Origin: Gemmatimonadales bacterium
Lineage (GTDB): Bacteria; Gemmatimonadota; Gemmatimonadetes; Gemmatimonadales; GWC2-71-9
DNA: 64,000 nucleotides
Direction: 5' to 3'
Assembly (NCBI GenBank): GCA_039934355.1
Contig: JBDTMI010000014.1
Span: forward strand, 9,141 to 73,140
Below are positions 1 to 10,992 of this stretch, one piece after another (position 1 is the first letter of the stretch; each line of letters begins with the position of its first letter). The notes beneath the pieces are model-generated. The model did not search any database. It saw only the letters and a list, made by a program, of their open reading frames with translations, and was not told where the DNA came from. The position numbers and the translations under genes were made by a program.

Positions 1-1
1 A

Positions 2-601
2 CTCCGACCGGTCACTCTCGAACGCTACGGCATCCGTCTCGAGCCGCTGGTGCCGGAGCACCTCGACGGGCTCCTGGGAGCCGCGGCTGATGGCCGGCTC
101 TGGGATCTCTGGTACACCTCGGTGCCGCAACCCGGCCAGACGGCGGAGTACATCGCCACCGCGCTCGTCGGCCAGGGTGAGGGCCACATGCTGCCGTGGG
201 CCGTGCGGGAGCTCTCCAGCGGCGCCATCGTCGGATCTACGCGGTATCACGATATCGTGGCACCGGCGGATCGGGTGGAGATCGGCTACACCTGGTACGC
301 CACCAGCCGGCAACGCAGTCACGTCAACACCGCCTGCAAGCTCGCCCTCCTCGAGCATGCATTCGATACGCTCGGCTGCAAGGTGGTCGGTCTGCGGACC
401 GACAATTTCAATTTCCGCTCGCAGCGGGCCATCGAAGCGCTGGGCGCCAAGAAGGACGGCGTGATCCGGCATCACTTCCCCCGTCCGAATGGAACGGTCC
501 GTGATTCCGTGGTCTACAGCATCCTGGTCGCGGAGTGGCCTGATGTCCGCCGGCACCTGGAGAACCGCTTCATCCGGCATGCGTCGCAGGGCGATGCCTA
601 G
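2..601 (+). CDS. GNAT N-acetyltransferase, RimJ/RimL-like (5' end probably outside window)
   Basis: Frame is open back to base 2 (LRPVTLERYGIRLEPLVPEH...). Motifs VEIGYTW and N..SQRAIEALGAKKDGVIR. Confidence 0.85.
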   Translation, partial: LRPVTLERYGIRLEPLVPEHLDGLLGAAADGRLWDLWYTSVPQPGQTAEYIATALVGQGEGHMLPWAVRELSSGAIVGSTRYHDIVAPADRVEIGYTWYATSRQRSHVNTACKLALLEHAFDTLGCKVVGLRTDNFNFRSQRAIEALGAKKDGVIRHHFPRPNGTVRDSVVYSILVAEWPDVRRHLENRFIRHASQGDA

Positions 602-1061
602 GCAACGCTTCGCGCCGCGCGCCGCGCTGCTGGCGATCACGCTGCTCGCATGTGCCCCGCCACCGGCCTCGCCCTCGCCACTCGACCAGCCCGCCGCCCC
701 GCCCGAGCTGCTCGGCCGTTTTCAGGACGACTACGGCAATCACTACCGGGTGACGGCCACCGACTGGGTGCAATTGCCGCACGGGCGCTTTCACATCGCC
801 GCCTGGTGGCCGGATGAGCAGTACCTGATTGCGCAGAACGATGCGACCAACAGCTACGCGCCGGGGTTGTGGACCCGGATCGACTGGATGCGATTCGACG
901 GGATGGCGCCATACATCTGGGGCTATTGCCTCACGGCCTATGAGGCTCCCTCGGCATCGGCCGCAGCCGCGACACCCGCCCCCGATCGTGCCACCCCGCT
1001 CACCGGGTGCAACGGGTATCCCTTCTCCAGACTGCGCCGGGAGGCGGAGGATAGCGTGTAG
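594..1061 (+). CDS. hypothetical lipoprotein
   Basis: ATG at 594 overlaps the GNAT 3' end. Lipobox LLAC, Pro-rich linker, then a globular domain (WTRIDW, YCLT, GCNGYPFSRL). Confidence 0.7.
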   Translation: MPRQRFAPRAALLAITLLACAPPPASPSPLDQPAAPPELLGRFQDDYGNHYRVTATDWVQLPHGRFHIAAWWPDEQYLIAQNDATNSYAPGLWTRIDWMRFDGMAPYIWGYCLTAYEAPSASAAAATPAPDRATPLTGCNGYPFSRLRREAEDSV

Positions 1062-1080
1062 GTCGCCACCACACTCCATC

Positions 1081-1704
1081 ATGGTTACCGTGACCCCCGA
1101 GCTCATCACCCACTTCGGTCCGATCGACATCTACCTCTTCGACCAGCTGTTGCGTGGACGGATCACGCCGGCCATGCGGGTGCTCGACGCGGGCTCCGGT
1201 GCGGGCCGCAACCTGATCTACCTGCTGAAGGCCGGTTTCGAGGTGTTTGCCGCGGACGGGGATCCCGCAGCGATTGCATCATTGCATGACATGGCCGCCA
1301 CCCTCGCCCCTCATCTTCCTGCCGACAACTTCCGCGCCGAGCCGGTCGAGGGGATGTCGTTTCCTGCCGAATCTGTGGAGGTGGTGCTCAGCGTCGCCGT
1401 GCTGCACTTCGCCCGCGATACCCGGCATTTCGACGAGATGCTGCAGCGGATGTGGAAGATCCTGAAGCCCGGCGGGCTCTGCTTCTGCCGACTGGCGTCG
1501 TCGATCGGGATGGAGGAAAAGGTTACGCCCATCGAGGGTCGGTGGTTCAGGCTCCCCGATGGTTCGGAGCGCTTCCTGGTCGATGAGGCGATGTTACTCG
1601 ACCGCACCCGCGAGCTGGGCGCAGAACTGCTCGATCCCCTCAAGACCACGCTTGTCCAGGGTAAGCGCGCGATGACCACCTGGATCGTGCGCAAGCCCGC
1701 CTGA
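1081..1704 (+). CDS. class I SAM-dependent methyltransferase
   Basis: VLDAGSGAGRN motif I, AVLHF, LKPGG. Start trimmed to ATG 1081, after the upstream stop. Confidence 0.85.
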   Translation: MVTVTPELITHFGPIDIYLFDQLLRGRITPAMRVLDAGSGAGRNLIYLLKAGFEVFAADGDPAAIASLHDMAATLAPHLPADNFRAEPVEGMSFPAESVEVVLSVAVLHFARDTRHFDEMLQRMWKILKPGGLCFCRLASSIGMEEKVTPIEGRWFRLPDGSERFLVDEAMLLDRTRELGAELLDPLKTTLVQGKRAMTTWIVRKPA

Positions 1705-1719
1705 GACGGGCATTCGGCC

Positions 1720-2286
1720 ATGAGCTCGCCCTCCGTCCCGCGCAGCTTCAAGACTCCGGCCGCCTTTCGGGCCTGGCTGTCGAAACATCACGCCTCGAGG
1801 CAGGAGCTCGTGCTCCGGTTATTCAAGAAGCACGCGGCGTCGCAGGGCATGACCTATGTTCAGGCGCTTGATGAAGCCCTCTGCTTCGGCTGGATCGATG
1901 GAGTCGTCGGTGCGCTCGACGACATCAGCTATGCGCACCGGTTCACGCCCCGCAAACCGAAAAGCATCTGGAGCAACGTGAATGTGGCGAAGGTCGAAGC
2001 GTTGATCGCGGCGGGCCGGATGCAGCCGGCGGGGATGGCGGCCTACGCCGCGCGCGACGCAGCCCGGACCGGGATTTATTCGTTCGAGACCGAAGCCGCG
2101 ACGTTCGACCCGAGCTACCTGAAGCGCTTCCGCGCGGTTCGGGTGGCCTGGGCCTGGTTCGAGTCGCAGCCACCGGGATACCGGCGACTCATGACCCACC
2201 GCGTGATGCGCGCCAAACAGGAAGCGACTCGCGTGCGGCGGCTCGAACACTTGATTGCCGCCTCGGCGAAGCAGCTCAGGCTCTGA
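1720..2286 (+). CDS. YdeI/OmpD-associated family protein
   Basis: EALCFGWIDG, FTPRKPKSIWS and AKQEATRVRRL motifs. Confidence 0.85.
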   Translation: MSSPSVPRSFKTPAAFRAWLSKHHASRQELVLRLFKKHAASQGMTYVQALDEALCFGWIDGVVGALDDISYAHRFTPRKPKSIWSNVNVAKVEALIAAGRMQPAGMAAYAARDAARTGIYSFETEAATFDPSYLKRFRAVRVAWAWFESQPPGYRRLMTHRVMRAKQEATRVRRLEHLIAASAKQLRL

Positions 2287-2324
2287 AGGACAGGAAGATC
2301 TTCGCGACGATCCCGCCGGCTGAG

Positions 2325-3317
<993 letters not shown>

Positions 3318-3416
3318 CGCCATGCTCCCAAATCGTTCCAACCGTCCAACCGCCACTCCCTCGCGCCGAGTCGCAGCTGCGCTGCTCCTAAGGCGCTTCG
3401 GTCGCCGCCCAACCGC

Positions 3417-4274
3417 CTAACCGCCAATCCCTCCGCGCTCGCTCATGAATCGGGCCACCAGCCGCGCCGTCTCCGCGTCGCGCATGATCGCGTGATGACC
3501 CAGCCCTGCTGTGCGGTGGAACCGCGCCCCCGGCCACGCGGCGGCGATCGCCTCCCCCTCGGCGAGGGGGATATCCTCGTCATCCCGGTCGTGGATGACG
3601 AGCACCGGCGTGCTGAGCTGCTTCACCAGGTCGGCAATGATGAAATCGCTGAAGTGGAAGCCAAGCCGCCGCTCCAGGTTCACCACCATCTGCTGCTGGG
3701 CCGCCGCCGGCAACCCGATCAATTCCGCGAAGCGGTCGACGAAATCCGCGGCGGCGCCAAACGGCGCGATCAGCACCGCGCGCCGTATCGTGAGACCGCG
3801 AAAGAGCGCGACCGCGATCGCAGCTCCGCCCAGTGAATGACCGGCAACCGCCTCCAGCGGGCCGAGTTGCTCGGTGACTTCCTGCAGGACCGTGGCGTAC
3901 TCCGGCAGATTGGTCTCCGTTCCGGGTGAGAGACCGTGGCCCGGCCCATCGTACGCGACGACGCGCATGCCCGCCGAGACCAGTGCCGGCGCCAGCACCC
4001 GGAAACGCGCGGCGCGGCTGCCCCAACCATGCACCAGCAGTGCGACTGGTCCCGCGCCCCAGCTCCACCCGGCGAGTGTGCCCGCGCAGGTCTTGAAGCT
4101 GAGCGGCGTGCCGGTGGCCAGGAATTCCGCCTCACTCGGTCGGGGCCGTGCCGCCGGTGGTCGGCAGAAGATTCGCTCCGCCACTCGCGCCGCCTGTCCC
4201 GGTGCGGCCCGTCCCGCCGTCTGAAAGGCGGCCCGCAGGGCGAGCAGTTGCATCTGCTTGCGCAGGCTCGCCAT
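3417..4274 (-). CDS. alpha/beta hydrolase
   Basis: LVHGW, GHSLGG nucleophile elbow, HDRDD acid, GLGH histidine. Confidence 0.88.
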   Translation of the reverse strand: MASLRKQMQLLALRAAFQTAGRAAPGQAARVAERIFCRPPAARPRPSEAEFLATGTPLSFKTCAGTLAGWSWGAGPVALLVHGWGSRAARFRVLAPALVSAGMRVVAYDGPGHGLSPGTETNLPEYATVLQEVTEQLGPLEAVAGHSLGGAAIAVALFRGLTIRRAVLIAPFGAAADFVDRFAELIGLPAAAQQQMVVNLERRLGFHFSDFIIADLVKQLSTPVLVIHDRDDEDIPLAEGEAIAAAWPGARFHRTAGLGHHAIMRDAETARLVARFMSERGGIGG

Positions 4275-4275
4275 G

Positions 4276-5181
4276 TCAGGGCGCGCTGTCTGGCAGCAGC
4301 GAATCCACCGGTGCCGGGTCGATCTCCTGCACGGTGGAGTCGATCATGGCGGCGGAGTCGATCGCCTCTGGTGACGGAGGCGGAGGGAGTGTGCTGTCCG
4401 CCTCCTCCGTCTCCTCTTCCGCCCTTGGCACCTCGAGCACCTCGCCCCGCATCCGGCGCAGGATCAGGTTCTGCCGCCAGCGCATGCGGCCCGGGCGGAG
4501 CCCGGGGTTGGACCGGAGCGGGAAGGGGAGCGACCCGGCAAGCGCCGCGGCCTGATCCCGGGTGAGTGTGCGCGCGCTGCGATGAAAATACTTCTGGCTC
4601 GCCGCCTCCACTCCCCAGACGCCGTCGCCCAGCTCCACCACGTTGAGATAGAGCTCCATGATCCGTGACTTGCCGAGCGCCGCTTCCAGACGCCAGGTGA
4701 TCACCGCCTCCTTGACCTTGCGCAACGGATTCCGCGAGGCGGAGAGGTAGAGATTCTTGGCGAGTTGCTGGGAGATGGTGCTCGCACCGCGGAGCTTGTC
4801 TCGCCGTTCCCAGGCCTTTGGGAGCACGGTGAGTAGCTCCCGCCGGTCACGCTCGGAGCTGAAGTCGAGCTCCGCGCGACGATACCCCAGCGCCCGGGCC
4901 AGCGAGAGATAGTCGATGCCGCCGTGGGAGAGGAACAGATTGTCCTCCCCGATGATCACCGCTTGTTCCATCGCGGGCGCGATCGAATCCAGCGGCACGG
5001 GATGGTAGAGGATGCCGGGTGCCTCGGACCGTCGGGTTGCCGGATCGCCGGACCGCATCGCCATGAACGCGGTTCGCGCCGGCCAATGGGTGCGATACCA
5101 GCTCGGTGGGGGCCAGACGGCGAAGAGCCAGAAGACGAAGGCGGCGGCGAGAGCGCCGACGCCGAGGAGCGCCCGCCGCAT
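4276..5181 (-). CDS. mtgA: monofunctional peptidoglycan transglycosylase (GT51)
   Basis: EDxxF motif 1, GASTISQQLAKNLYL, RKVKEA, ELYLN. N-terminal TM anchor, no transpeptidase domain. Confidence 0.88.
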   Translation of the reverse strand: MRRALLGVGALAAAFVFWLFAVWPPPSWYRTHWPARTAFMAMRSGDPATRRSEAPGILYHPVPLDSIAPAMEQAVIIGEDNLFLSHGGIDYLSLARALGYRRAELDFSSERDRRELLTVLPKAWERRDKLRGASTISQQLAKNLYLSASRNPLRKVKEAVITWRLEAALGKSRIMELYLNVVELGDGVWGVEAASQKYFHRSARTLTRDQAAALAGSLPFPLRSNPGLRPGRMRWRQNLILRRMRGEVLEVPRAEEETEEADSTLPPPPSPEAIDSAAMIDSTVQEIDPAPVDSLLPDSAP

Positions 5182-5184
5182 CGA

Positions 5185-6057
5185 TCAGCGGAGCAGGGTC
5201 ATCACGAGCAGCGAAGATTCGCGGGCGGTCACCTGCTGTCCGATCGAGGGCAGCACGACCGTCACCTCGGTGAGGCGCCGGCCTTCCACGTGCCTGACCA
5301 GGGCATCCGCCCCCAGCTCATAGGTGAGACTGTCCACGCCCGACCCGGAGACGGTGATTGCCTGACCGAACTGCCTGCCCTGCCCCGACGCGGTCCGGTT
5401 GCGGGTGACGTCGATCAACAGCGTTCCTGCCGTCGTCGGCTCCGACTCCGCTTGCGCCGTGATCAGGGCTCGTTCAATGGCATCGAACGCGCTGACTCGC
5501 GCCGGTCCCGACGTGGAGTCGGTCCACGATGCGTTCGGCGTGGCCCCGGTGAGTGGCAATGGCGGGAAGAGCAGGGCGAGCTGGTCGCGTACCTGGTCGC
5601 CCACCAGCGACCCGCTCCCTCCGGTAAAGTTCTGCACCCGTCCGTTCGGCAGTCGCAAGGCAGTCCAGCGCGCTCCGCGGGCGCTGTCCAGCGCGGCCGA
5701 AGGCAGACCCTGCATGGTGTCAGCGCGGACCGAATCAACCTGGGCGGTGAGTCGGGTGCCGGAGTCGCTGGCGATCCAAGTGATCGTCACGTACGCAGTG
5801 CGCCCCAGCACCGTGGTCTGCGACTCTCCGCTCGGCATCACCGCGACGACTGAATCCCGGCGCTGGAGGGCATAGCGCTGGATCCCTGCGCCTCCCCGCG
5901 GATAGTGGATCGGAGCGGTGCCCACCGGATCGGTGTGCATCGGGTCCATGGTGGCGCGGGGTGGCGCGGGATGCGGCCGGGGGGAAGACGCAGGAGGGCC
6001 GCCCGAGGAGCATCCTGCCAGGAGCAGGAGCAAGGCGACCCACTGTGGACTGCGCAT
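5185..6057 (-). CDS. hypothetical beta-rich lipoprotein
   Basis: Lipobox LLAGC. Similar to the neighbouring ORF (LFPP...WTD). Confidence 0.75.
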   Translation of the reverse strand: MRSPQWVALLLLLAGCSSGGPPASSPRPHPAPPRATMDPMHTDPVGTAPIHYPRGGAGIQRYALQRRDSVVAVMPSGESQTTVLGRTAYVTITWIASDSGTRLTAQVDSVRADTMQGLPSAALDSARGARWTALRLPNGRVQNFTGGSGSLVGDQVRDQLALLFPPLPLTGATPNASWTDSTSGPARVSAFDAIERALITAQAESEPTTAGTLLIDVTRNRTASGQGRQFGQAITVSGSGVDSLTYELGADALVRHVEGRRLTEVTVVLPSIGQQVTARESSLLVMTLLR

Positions 6058-6068
6058 CAATCGCTCGA

Positions 6069-6842
6069 TTACTTCAGCAGGCTGGACGTGCCCTCGACCA
6101 GCACCTTCACCGGAATCGGCTCCGCCGAGAAGGACCCGCTGATCGCCAGGTTCTGGGTGCCGTTGTACACGGCGCGGAGCGTCGTGCCGTCAGGGCCGAG
6201 GTACCAGGTCCCGGTGCCGCCGCCGGTGCCTTCGATTGCCATGGAGCCCTGGGGCCCTTCCTGTGTGCCCGACATCGCCAGACTGGACGCCCCCGCCACC
6301 TGCAGCACCTTGGCGCCGTCGAGCATGCCGCTGGACGCGGCGTAGTTGGTCACCGTGCGCACCGCGAGGCCATTCTTGGTGTTCGATTCCGTCGTGTCGG
6401 TCCAGGTCGCGCCTTCGCGGGTCCCCGGCTTCACCGGCGGGAACAGCGAACGGATCAGGCTCTCGAGGCCCGAGGCAATGGCATTCTCCGTCGAGGAGGT
6501 CAACTCGCCCACCTTGCCGTTGGGCGCCTGATATCCGTGCCAGGTTGTGCCCTTGGCTCCCGCGGTGAGTTCCGGCGGAATCGGTGACCCTTCACCGACC
6601 AGCAGCGAATCCAGCACCGCGGTCAGCGCCTTGCCGCCGGCGCTGTCGATCGTCGTCACCGAAACGAAACCAGTGGTGGAGAGCTCGTTCTTCTGTTCCC
6701 CCTGGCCCAGCGCTGACAGGTCGACCGTCTGACTGGTCTTCAGGTCGATACGATATCGCTTGACTGCTGGCGGCGCGCTCGGCGACCAGGCGGCCAGGGC
6801 AACTACCGTCAGCGATGCGGCGATCCAGGGACGAATCGTCAT
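6069..6842 (-). CDS. hypothetical secreted beta-rich protein
   Basis: ATG 6842 with a GAGGA RBS and a signal peptide. Paralogous to 5185..6057. Confidence 0.75.
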   Translation of the reverse strand: MTIRPWIAASLTVVALAAWSPSAPPAVKRYRIDLKTSQTVDLSALGQGEQKNELSTTGFVSVTTIDSAGGKALTAVLDSLLVGEGSPIPPELTAGAKGTTWHGYQAPNGKVGELTSSTENAIASGLESLIRSLFPPVKPGTREGATWTDTTESNTKNGLAVRTVTNYAASSGMLDGAKVLQVAGASSLAMSGTQEGPQGSMAIEGTGGGTGTWYLGPDGTTLRAVYNGTQNLAISGSFSAEPIPVKVLVEGTSSLLK

Positions 6843-6885
6843 GACTTCCTCTGTGAGTTGGGTACGGGAGGGAGGCCCGCGGGGG

Positions 6886-7119
6886 TCAGGTGCCCGCCGA
6901 CTGGCGCCCCACCTTGGTCTTGCCGAATACGGCGACGAGTTCCACGTCATCGCTGGTCACCTTCAACAGCTTCCAGCCACGCTTGCGCATGTCCTGACGC
7001 CAGCTGATGAGCCGGTCCCAGTCGCTAGCGCTGGTCCGGAAGACCCGGAGATCAGCGACCTGTTCCCATGATTCCGGATAGGGCTTCGTCCGGTCCTGCG
7101 ATGAGGTGTGACGTGACAT
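6886..7119 (-). CDS. small hypothetical protein (77 aa)
   Basis: Protein-like composition (GWKLLKV...LVAVF), same strand as the downstream genes, fills the gap after rnpB. Confidence 0.6.
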   Translation of the reverse strand: MSRHTSSQDRTKPYPESWEQVADLRVFRTSASDWDRLISWRQDMRKRGWKLLKVTSDDVELVAVFGKTKVGRQSAGT

Positions 7120-7192
7120 TTTGACATTTCCGGCAGCGATAACATCGGGAAAGTACCCCCCCGATCGGGGCAGCGGGAGGGGGAGAATGGGA

Positions 7193-7229
7193 GCCGCCCC
7201 CTCCCCGCCAGGGGCGGGGAGGGGGCGGC
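7193..7229 (-). terminator. 17-bp GC hairpin at the 3' end of rnpB
   Basis: GCCGCCCCCTCCCCGCC-agg-GGCGGGGAGGGGGCGGC is a perfect inverted repeat. Confidence 0.6.
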
Positions 7230-7635
7230 GCAGGCCAGACCGTAAGCCGAGTTCTGTTCCGAGCGCACCGACGCAAGCATCGGCACGCTGGGACGGTCAT
7301 CTGTCTGGGACGGCCGTCGCCGGCCGCCTCGAGCAGCCTACCCGCGGCTCGGACGGTGTGGGTCACACCTCGCCGCTTATTTGGCCTTGCTCCGACTGGG
7401 GGTTACCGTGCCACCGCTGTTGCCAGCGGCGCGGTGGGCTCTTACCCCACCATTTCACCCTTACCGCGAGCGGATTTGACCCCGAAGGGCTGCCATCCGG
7501 CACGAGGCGGTTTGCTTTCTGTTGCCCTGTCCGTCGCCTTGCGGCGCCCAGGCGTTACCTGGCAGTCTACCCGATGGAGCTCGGACTTTCCTCGAGCCGG
7601 TTGCCCGACCCGCGACCATCACGTCCGACCTGCGC
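7228..7635 (-). ncRNA. rnpB: RNase P RNA (bacterial type A)
   Basis: Minus strand has GAGGAAAGTCCGAGCT (5' side of P4) and ACAGAACTCGGCTTA (3' side of P4). P1 ends pair (GCGCAGGTCGGAC / GTCTGGCCTGCGC). A -10-like TATGTT lies at 7640-7645. Confidence 0.95.
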
Positions 7636-7651
7636 CGGGAACATACCCCCC

Positions 7652-10600
7652 TCAGCCCGCCCCTTCCACCTGGGCCAGGCGAGCCCGCACCCGGTCGATC
7701 AGCGGGGCGAGCGCACTGTCGGCCTCGGCCCACTGCTGCAGCGCGTCGCGGTACTCCTGCCGGGCCAGATCCTTGTGCCCCTGGCCTTCGAGAATCCTGC
7801 CCCGGAGCAACCGCGCCTGCCCCAGGAGCAGCCAGCGGATGTCGGGTGACTGGGAGGAGAAGTACACCGGGTTGAATCCCTCGAGCACCTTGAGCGCCCG
7901 CGCGTCGTCCCCCAGCTCATGCCAGGTATTGGCGGCGATCAGCATCCGGAAGCCCCACCACTGCGGTCGCATGAAATAGATCTTGTCAACGGCGCTGTCC
8001 GGCAACTGCAGCAGCGCCCTGGCCGCGGCCGAGTCCCCCCGGCTGAGCGCACTCATCGCCCGCAGCTCGGGCGGGGTCTCGCCACCATCGAGCGCCTCGA
8101 GTTCGGTCAGTGGCCCGGCGTCGGCCGGATTCTGCAGGAAGATTCCGATCGCCGCGGCCCAGCCAAAGTTGGCAATGGAACCGCGCTTGGTGCGCGGCGT
8201 CTTCCGCGCGCTGTCGGCGACGGCCGTCCAAATCTGTCGCAGCACCGGACCCTGGGCGCCGAGGGCGGTGTACAGGTGGCTGCGATAGAGCTGGCCCAGC
8301 AGGGTGGAGCCGTCGAGCGGTTGAGAACCGAGCGCTTCGGGAAACCAGGCGGCGCGTACCTCGGCGGAGAGTTCCATCGCCTGGCGGGCACGGTTCACCT
8401 GGCCGGCCCAGCCCAGGACGTTTGCGCCATTGGAGATCTCCTCGACCGTCTCGAAGGGCAGTCGCCCGCCGTCGAATTGCGCCGCCTTCAGGCTGTCCAC
8501 CGCTTCTGCCACCGCGCGCGCCGCTTCCAGATAGTTGCCCTGCTGGGTAAGCACCCGGGCCCGGACGAACGGGAGGTCGGGTCGGGCCGCCCCGCCCGTG
8601 GCGTGCGTCAGCCGGTCGATTTCGTTGAATGCGGCGTCGTACTGCTTGCCGGTGGAGAGGGCGTAGATCAGCGCGTTCTGCGCGTGAATATTGTCCGGCT
8701 GGTGCGCCAGCCACTCATGCGCGCTGGCGACGCCTTCCTCCCGCGCCCGGCGGGTGGCCGCCGCGAGGCGGAGGGAATCGAGACCGAGGTAGTGGCTCGC
8801 CTCCGAGGTGGCCGTGCTGCCGGCGCCCGCGCCGTTCGATCGTCGCTGCACCAGTGAGTCGCCGGGGAGCAACGCGATGCCCGGCCGGTCCTCGGCCGCC
8901 CACCGGTAGATCTGGGCCACATGTTCGTACGCGAGGTAGTAACCGGGATCGAGCGCGATCGCCCGCTTGAAGGCGCGGAGGCTGGTGGTGAATCGGTTGC
9001 TCATGGTGGCCGGCGTCGGATCGTGGAAGCTCACGTCCGCCAGCCCGTACCAGGCATCCGCGTCGGTCGAATCCTTGCTCAGCAGCGCGCGATACAGCGT
9101 CTGTCCCCGGGCATAGTCACCCTCGAGGAAGTGCCGGTACGCCTCGATCATCGCCCGGTCGTGTTCCGGCAGCCGGTCCACGAACGCCGTCGCCCGCTGA
9201 ATGGCAAAAAGGCCGATCGAATCGTGCTCGCCCGCAATCCAGCCGCGCGCCAGCGAGAGTTTGTAGTACGCCAGGCCGAAGGTGGAGTCGAGCTCGACGG
9301 CGTGTCGCAGCAGTTGCTCCGCCCCCGAGAGGTTCCACCGGCTCAGCTCTTCGATGCCGCGCAGGTACGTGCGATACGCCTCGAGCGATCCGGTGGTGGA
9401 TGATGCGATGCTGGCGGTGACGCCGCTCGGCGCCCCCGAGAGATTCAGCAGCCGTGCCGCCAGCTGATCGAACAGCGGCCGCACATCGGCCCCGGACTGG
9501 CCTTCGACCTGGGCCCCCTCGATCCGCGCACCGCTGGCCACGTCGTAGACCCGCGCGACGAGCTGCAGCGAATCGCCGATCCGGGTGTACTCGCCCATCA
9601 CGACCGTCCACACGCCCGCGTCACGGGCGAGCTGGCGCGCCATGCTGAGACCGACGGAAGAATCGGCATCGAGGTGGCGCCGCTCGAGCAGGTCATGCAG
9701 CCGTTCGTGGTCCACCACGGCGAGGTCACGCCACTGGGAAAGATTGAGCGCGAGCATGCTCACGCTGCCGTCGCGCAGCCACGCCACCGCAGGATCGGCC
9801 CGCACATTGGTGAAGGGCAGGACCAGCATCGAATGCCGTGGATTGACACCCGCCGGCGGGCCGCTCGGCGTGAGCGCGACCACGGCGGTCACCAGCAGCG
9901 CCAGCACGGCAATCGTGGCACCGAAGAGCCGTCCTCTGCGCCGGGTGGGAGCCGCCGGGCTGGGCAGCGGCGACGCGCCGAGCAGCATGGCGCGCAGGTC
10001 GGCCCCGCTCTGCCACCGGATGGAGGGATCTTTTTCCAGGGCCCGCATCACGACGTGCGCCAGCGGCCCCGGGGTCTCCGGCCGGTGCGAGAGGATCGGC
10101 GCCGGCGCCTCCGCGAGATGCATCGAGGCCACCGCGGCGGCGGTCGGGGCGCGAAACGGCGGCCGACCGGCGAGCATCTCGTACGCGACCACGCCGAGGG
10201 CGTAGAGATCACTGCGCGCGTCGACGGTGTCCCCGGCCGACTGTTCCGGGCTCATGTATGTCGGGGTGCCGACTGCTATGCCTGCCGCGGTCCGCAGGCC
10301 GCTGCTCTCCACCGCCATCGCCCGGGCGATCCCGAAGTCGGCCAGCATGGCACGTCCGGTCGCTTCATCGAGCAGAATATTTTCCGGCTTCACGTCGCGG
10401 TGCACCAGGCCGGCGGCTCCGGCGGCGTGCAGGGCGTCCGCCAGATCCAGCACGATCCGGGTCACGTCCGCCACCGGCAGCTGCCCGTCGCGCAGGAGGC
10501 GCTGGCGCAGGCTCACTCCCGGTACGTAGTCCATCACGTAGTAAAAAAGCCCGGTGGACTCCCCCGCCGTGTGAACTGCAACGATGTTCGGATGGCGCAG

Positions 10601-10819
10601 CCGAGCGATCATGCGCGCTTCGGCGAGAAAACGCTCCGTGATGCTGTTGTGGATCGCCAATTCGGGATGGACGACCTTTACGGCGACCGGGCGGTCGAGG
10701 GTGGTGTCCCGTGCGAGGAAGACCACGCCCATGCCACCATGCCCCAGCTCCCGCTCGATGCGATACTGGGCACCGAGCACCACCTGCAGCCGGCTGAGGA
10801 GTTCCGAGGGTGCGGTCAC
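7652..10819 (-). CDS. membrane Ser/Thr protein kinase (Hanks type) with TolB-N-like and TPR-like C-terminal region
   Basis: LGHGGMGVV, VAVK, HRDVKPEN, DFG, GTPTYMSPEQ, one TM helix, then helical repeats. GTG 10819 chosen because TAACTT lies 7 nt upstream; the ORF track starts at TTG 10828. Confidence 0.9.
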   Translation of the reverse strand: MTAPSELLSRLQVVLGAQYRIERELGHGGMGVVFLARDTTLDRPVAVKVVHPELAIHNSITERFLAEARMIARLRHPNIVAVHTAGESTGLFYYVMDYVPGVSLRQRLLRDGQLPVADVTRIVLDLADALHAAGAAGLVHRDVKPENILLDEATGRAMLADFGIARAMAVESSGLRTAAGIAVGTPTYMSPEQSAGDTVDARSDLYALGVVAYEMLAGRPPFRAPTAAAVASMHLAEAPAPILSHRPETPGPLAHVVMRALEKDPSIRWQSGADLRAMLLGASPLPSPAAPTRRRGRLFGATIAVLALLVTAVVALTPSGPPAGVNPRHSMLVLPFTNVRADPAVAWLRDGSVSMLALNLSQWRDLAVVDHERLHDLLERRHLDADSSVGLSMARQLARDAGVWTVVMGEYTRIGDSLQLVARVYDVASGARIEGAQVEGQSGADVRPLFDQLAARLLNLSGAPSGVTASIASSTTGSLEAYRTYLRGIEELSRWNLSGAEQLLRHAVELDSTFGLAYYKLSLARGWIAGEHDSIGLFAIQRATAFVDRLPEHDRAMIEAYRHFLEGDYARGQTLYRALLSKDSTDADAWYGLADVSFHDPTPATMSNRFTTSLRAFKRAIALDPGYYLAYEHVAQIYRWAAEDRPGIALLPGDSLVQRRSNGAGAGSTATSEASHYLGLDSLRLAAATRRAREEGVASAHEWLAHQPDNIHAQNALIYALSTGKQYDAAFNEIDRLTHATGGAARPDLPFVRARVLTQQGNYLEAARAVAEAVDSLKAAQFDGGRLPFETVEEISNGANVLGWAGQVNRARQAMELSAEVRAAWFPEALGSQPLDGSTLLGQLYRSHLYTALGAQGPVLRQIWTAVADSARKTPRTKRGSIANFGWAAAIGIFLQNPADAGPLTELEALDGGETPPELRAMSALSRGDSAAARALLQLPDSAVDKIYFMRPQWWGFRMLIAANTWHELGDDARALKVLEGFNPVYFSSQSPDIRWLLLGQARLLRGRILEGQGHKDLARQEYRDALQQWAEADSALAPLIDRVRARLAQVEGAG

Positions 10820-10992
10820 GGTAGACAAGTTAGGCCTGTGGTCCGGAGACGGCCAATCACTCCAGCGGGCGCACGTCCGATCCTGAGAGACGCTTTGGGT
10901 ACCGCGAAGGTTGCAGGACGCGCCGCCGCCTGCTTGACCCCCAGTTGAGCCTCAGGGGCTAGTCTGCCCGCGACCCCTCCCGCGAGCCCCGC

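Noticed and set aside
3338-3425. CCAACCG(T/C) octamer doublets
   Set aside because: Only two copies at each spot, too short to call a repeat family from this window.
7052-7979. Several ORFs across the rnpB region
   Set aside because: The region is explained by RNase P RNA and the kinase 3' end.
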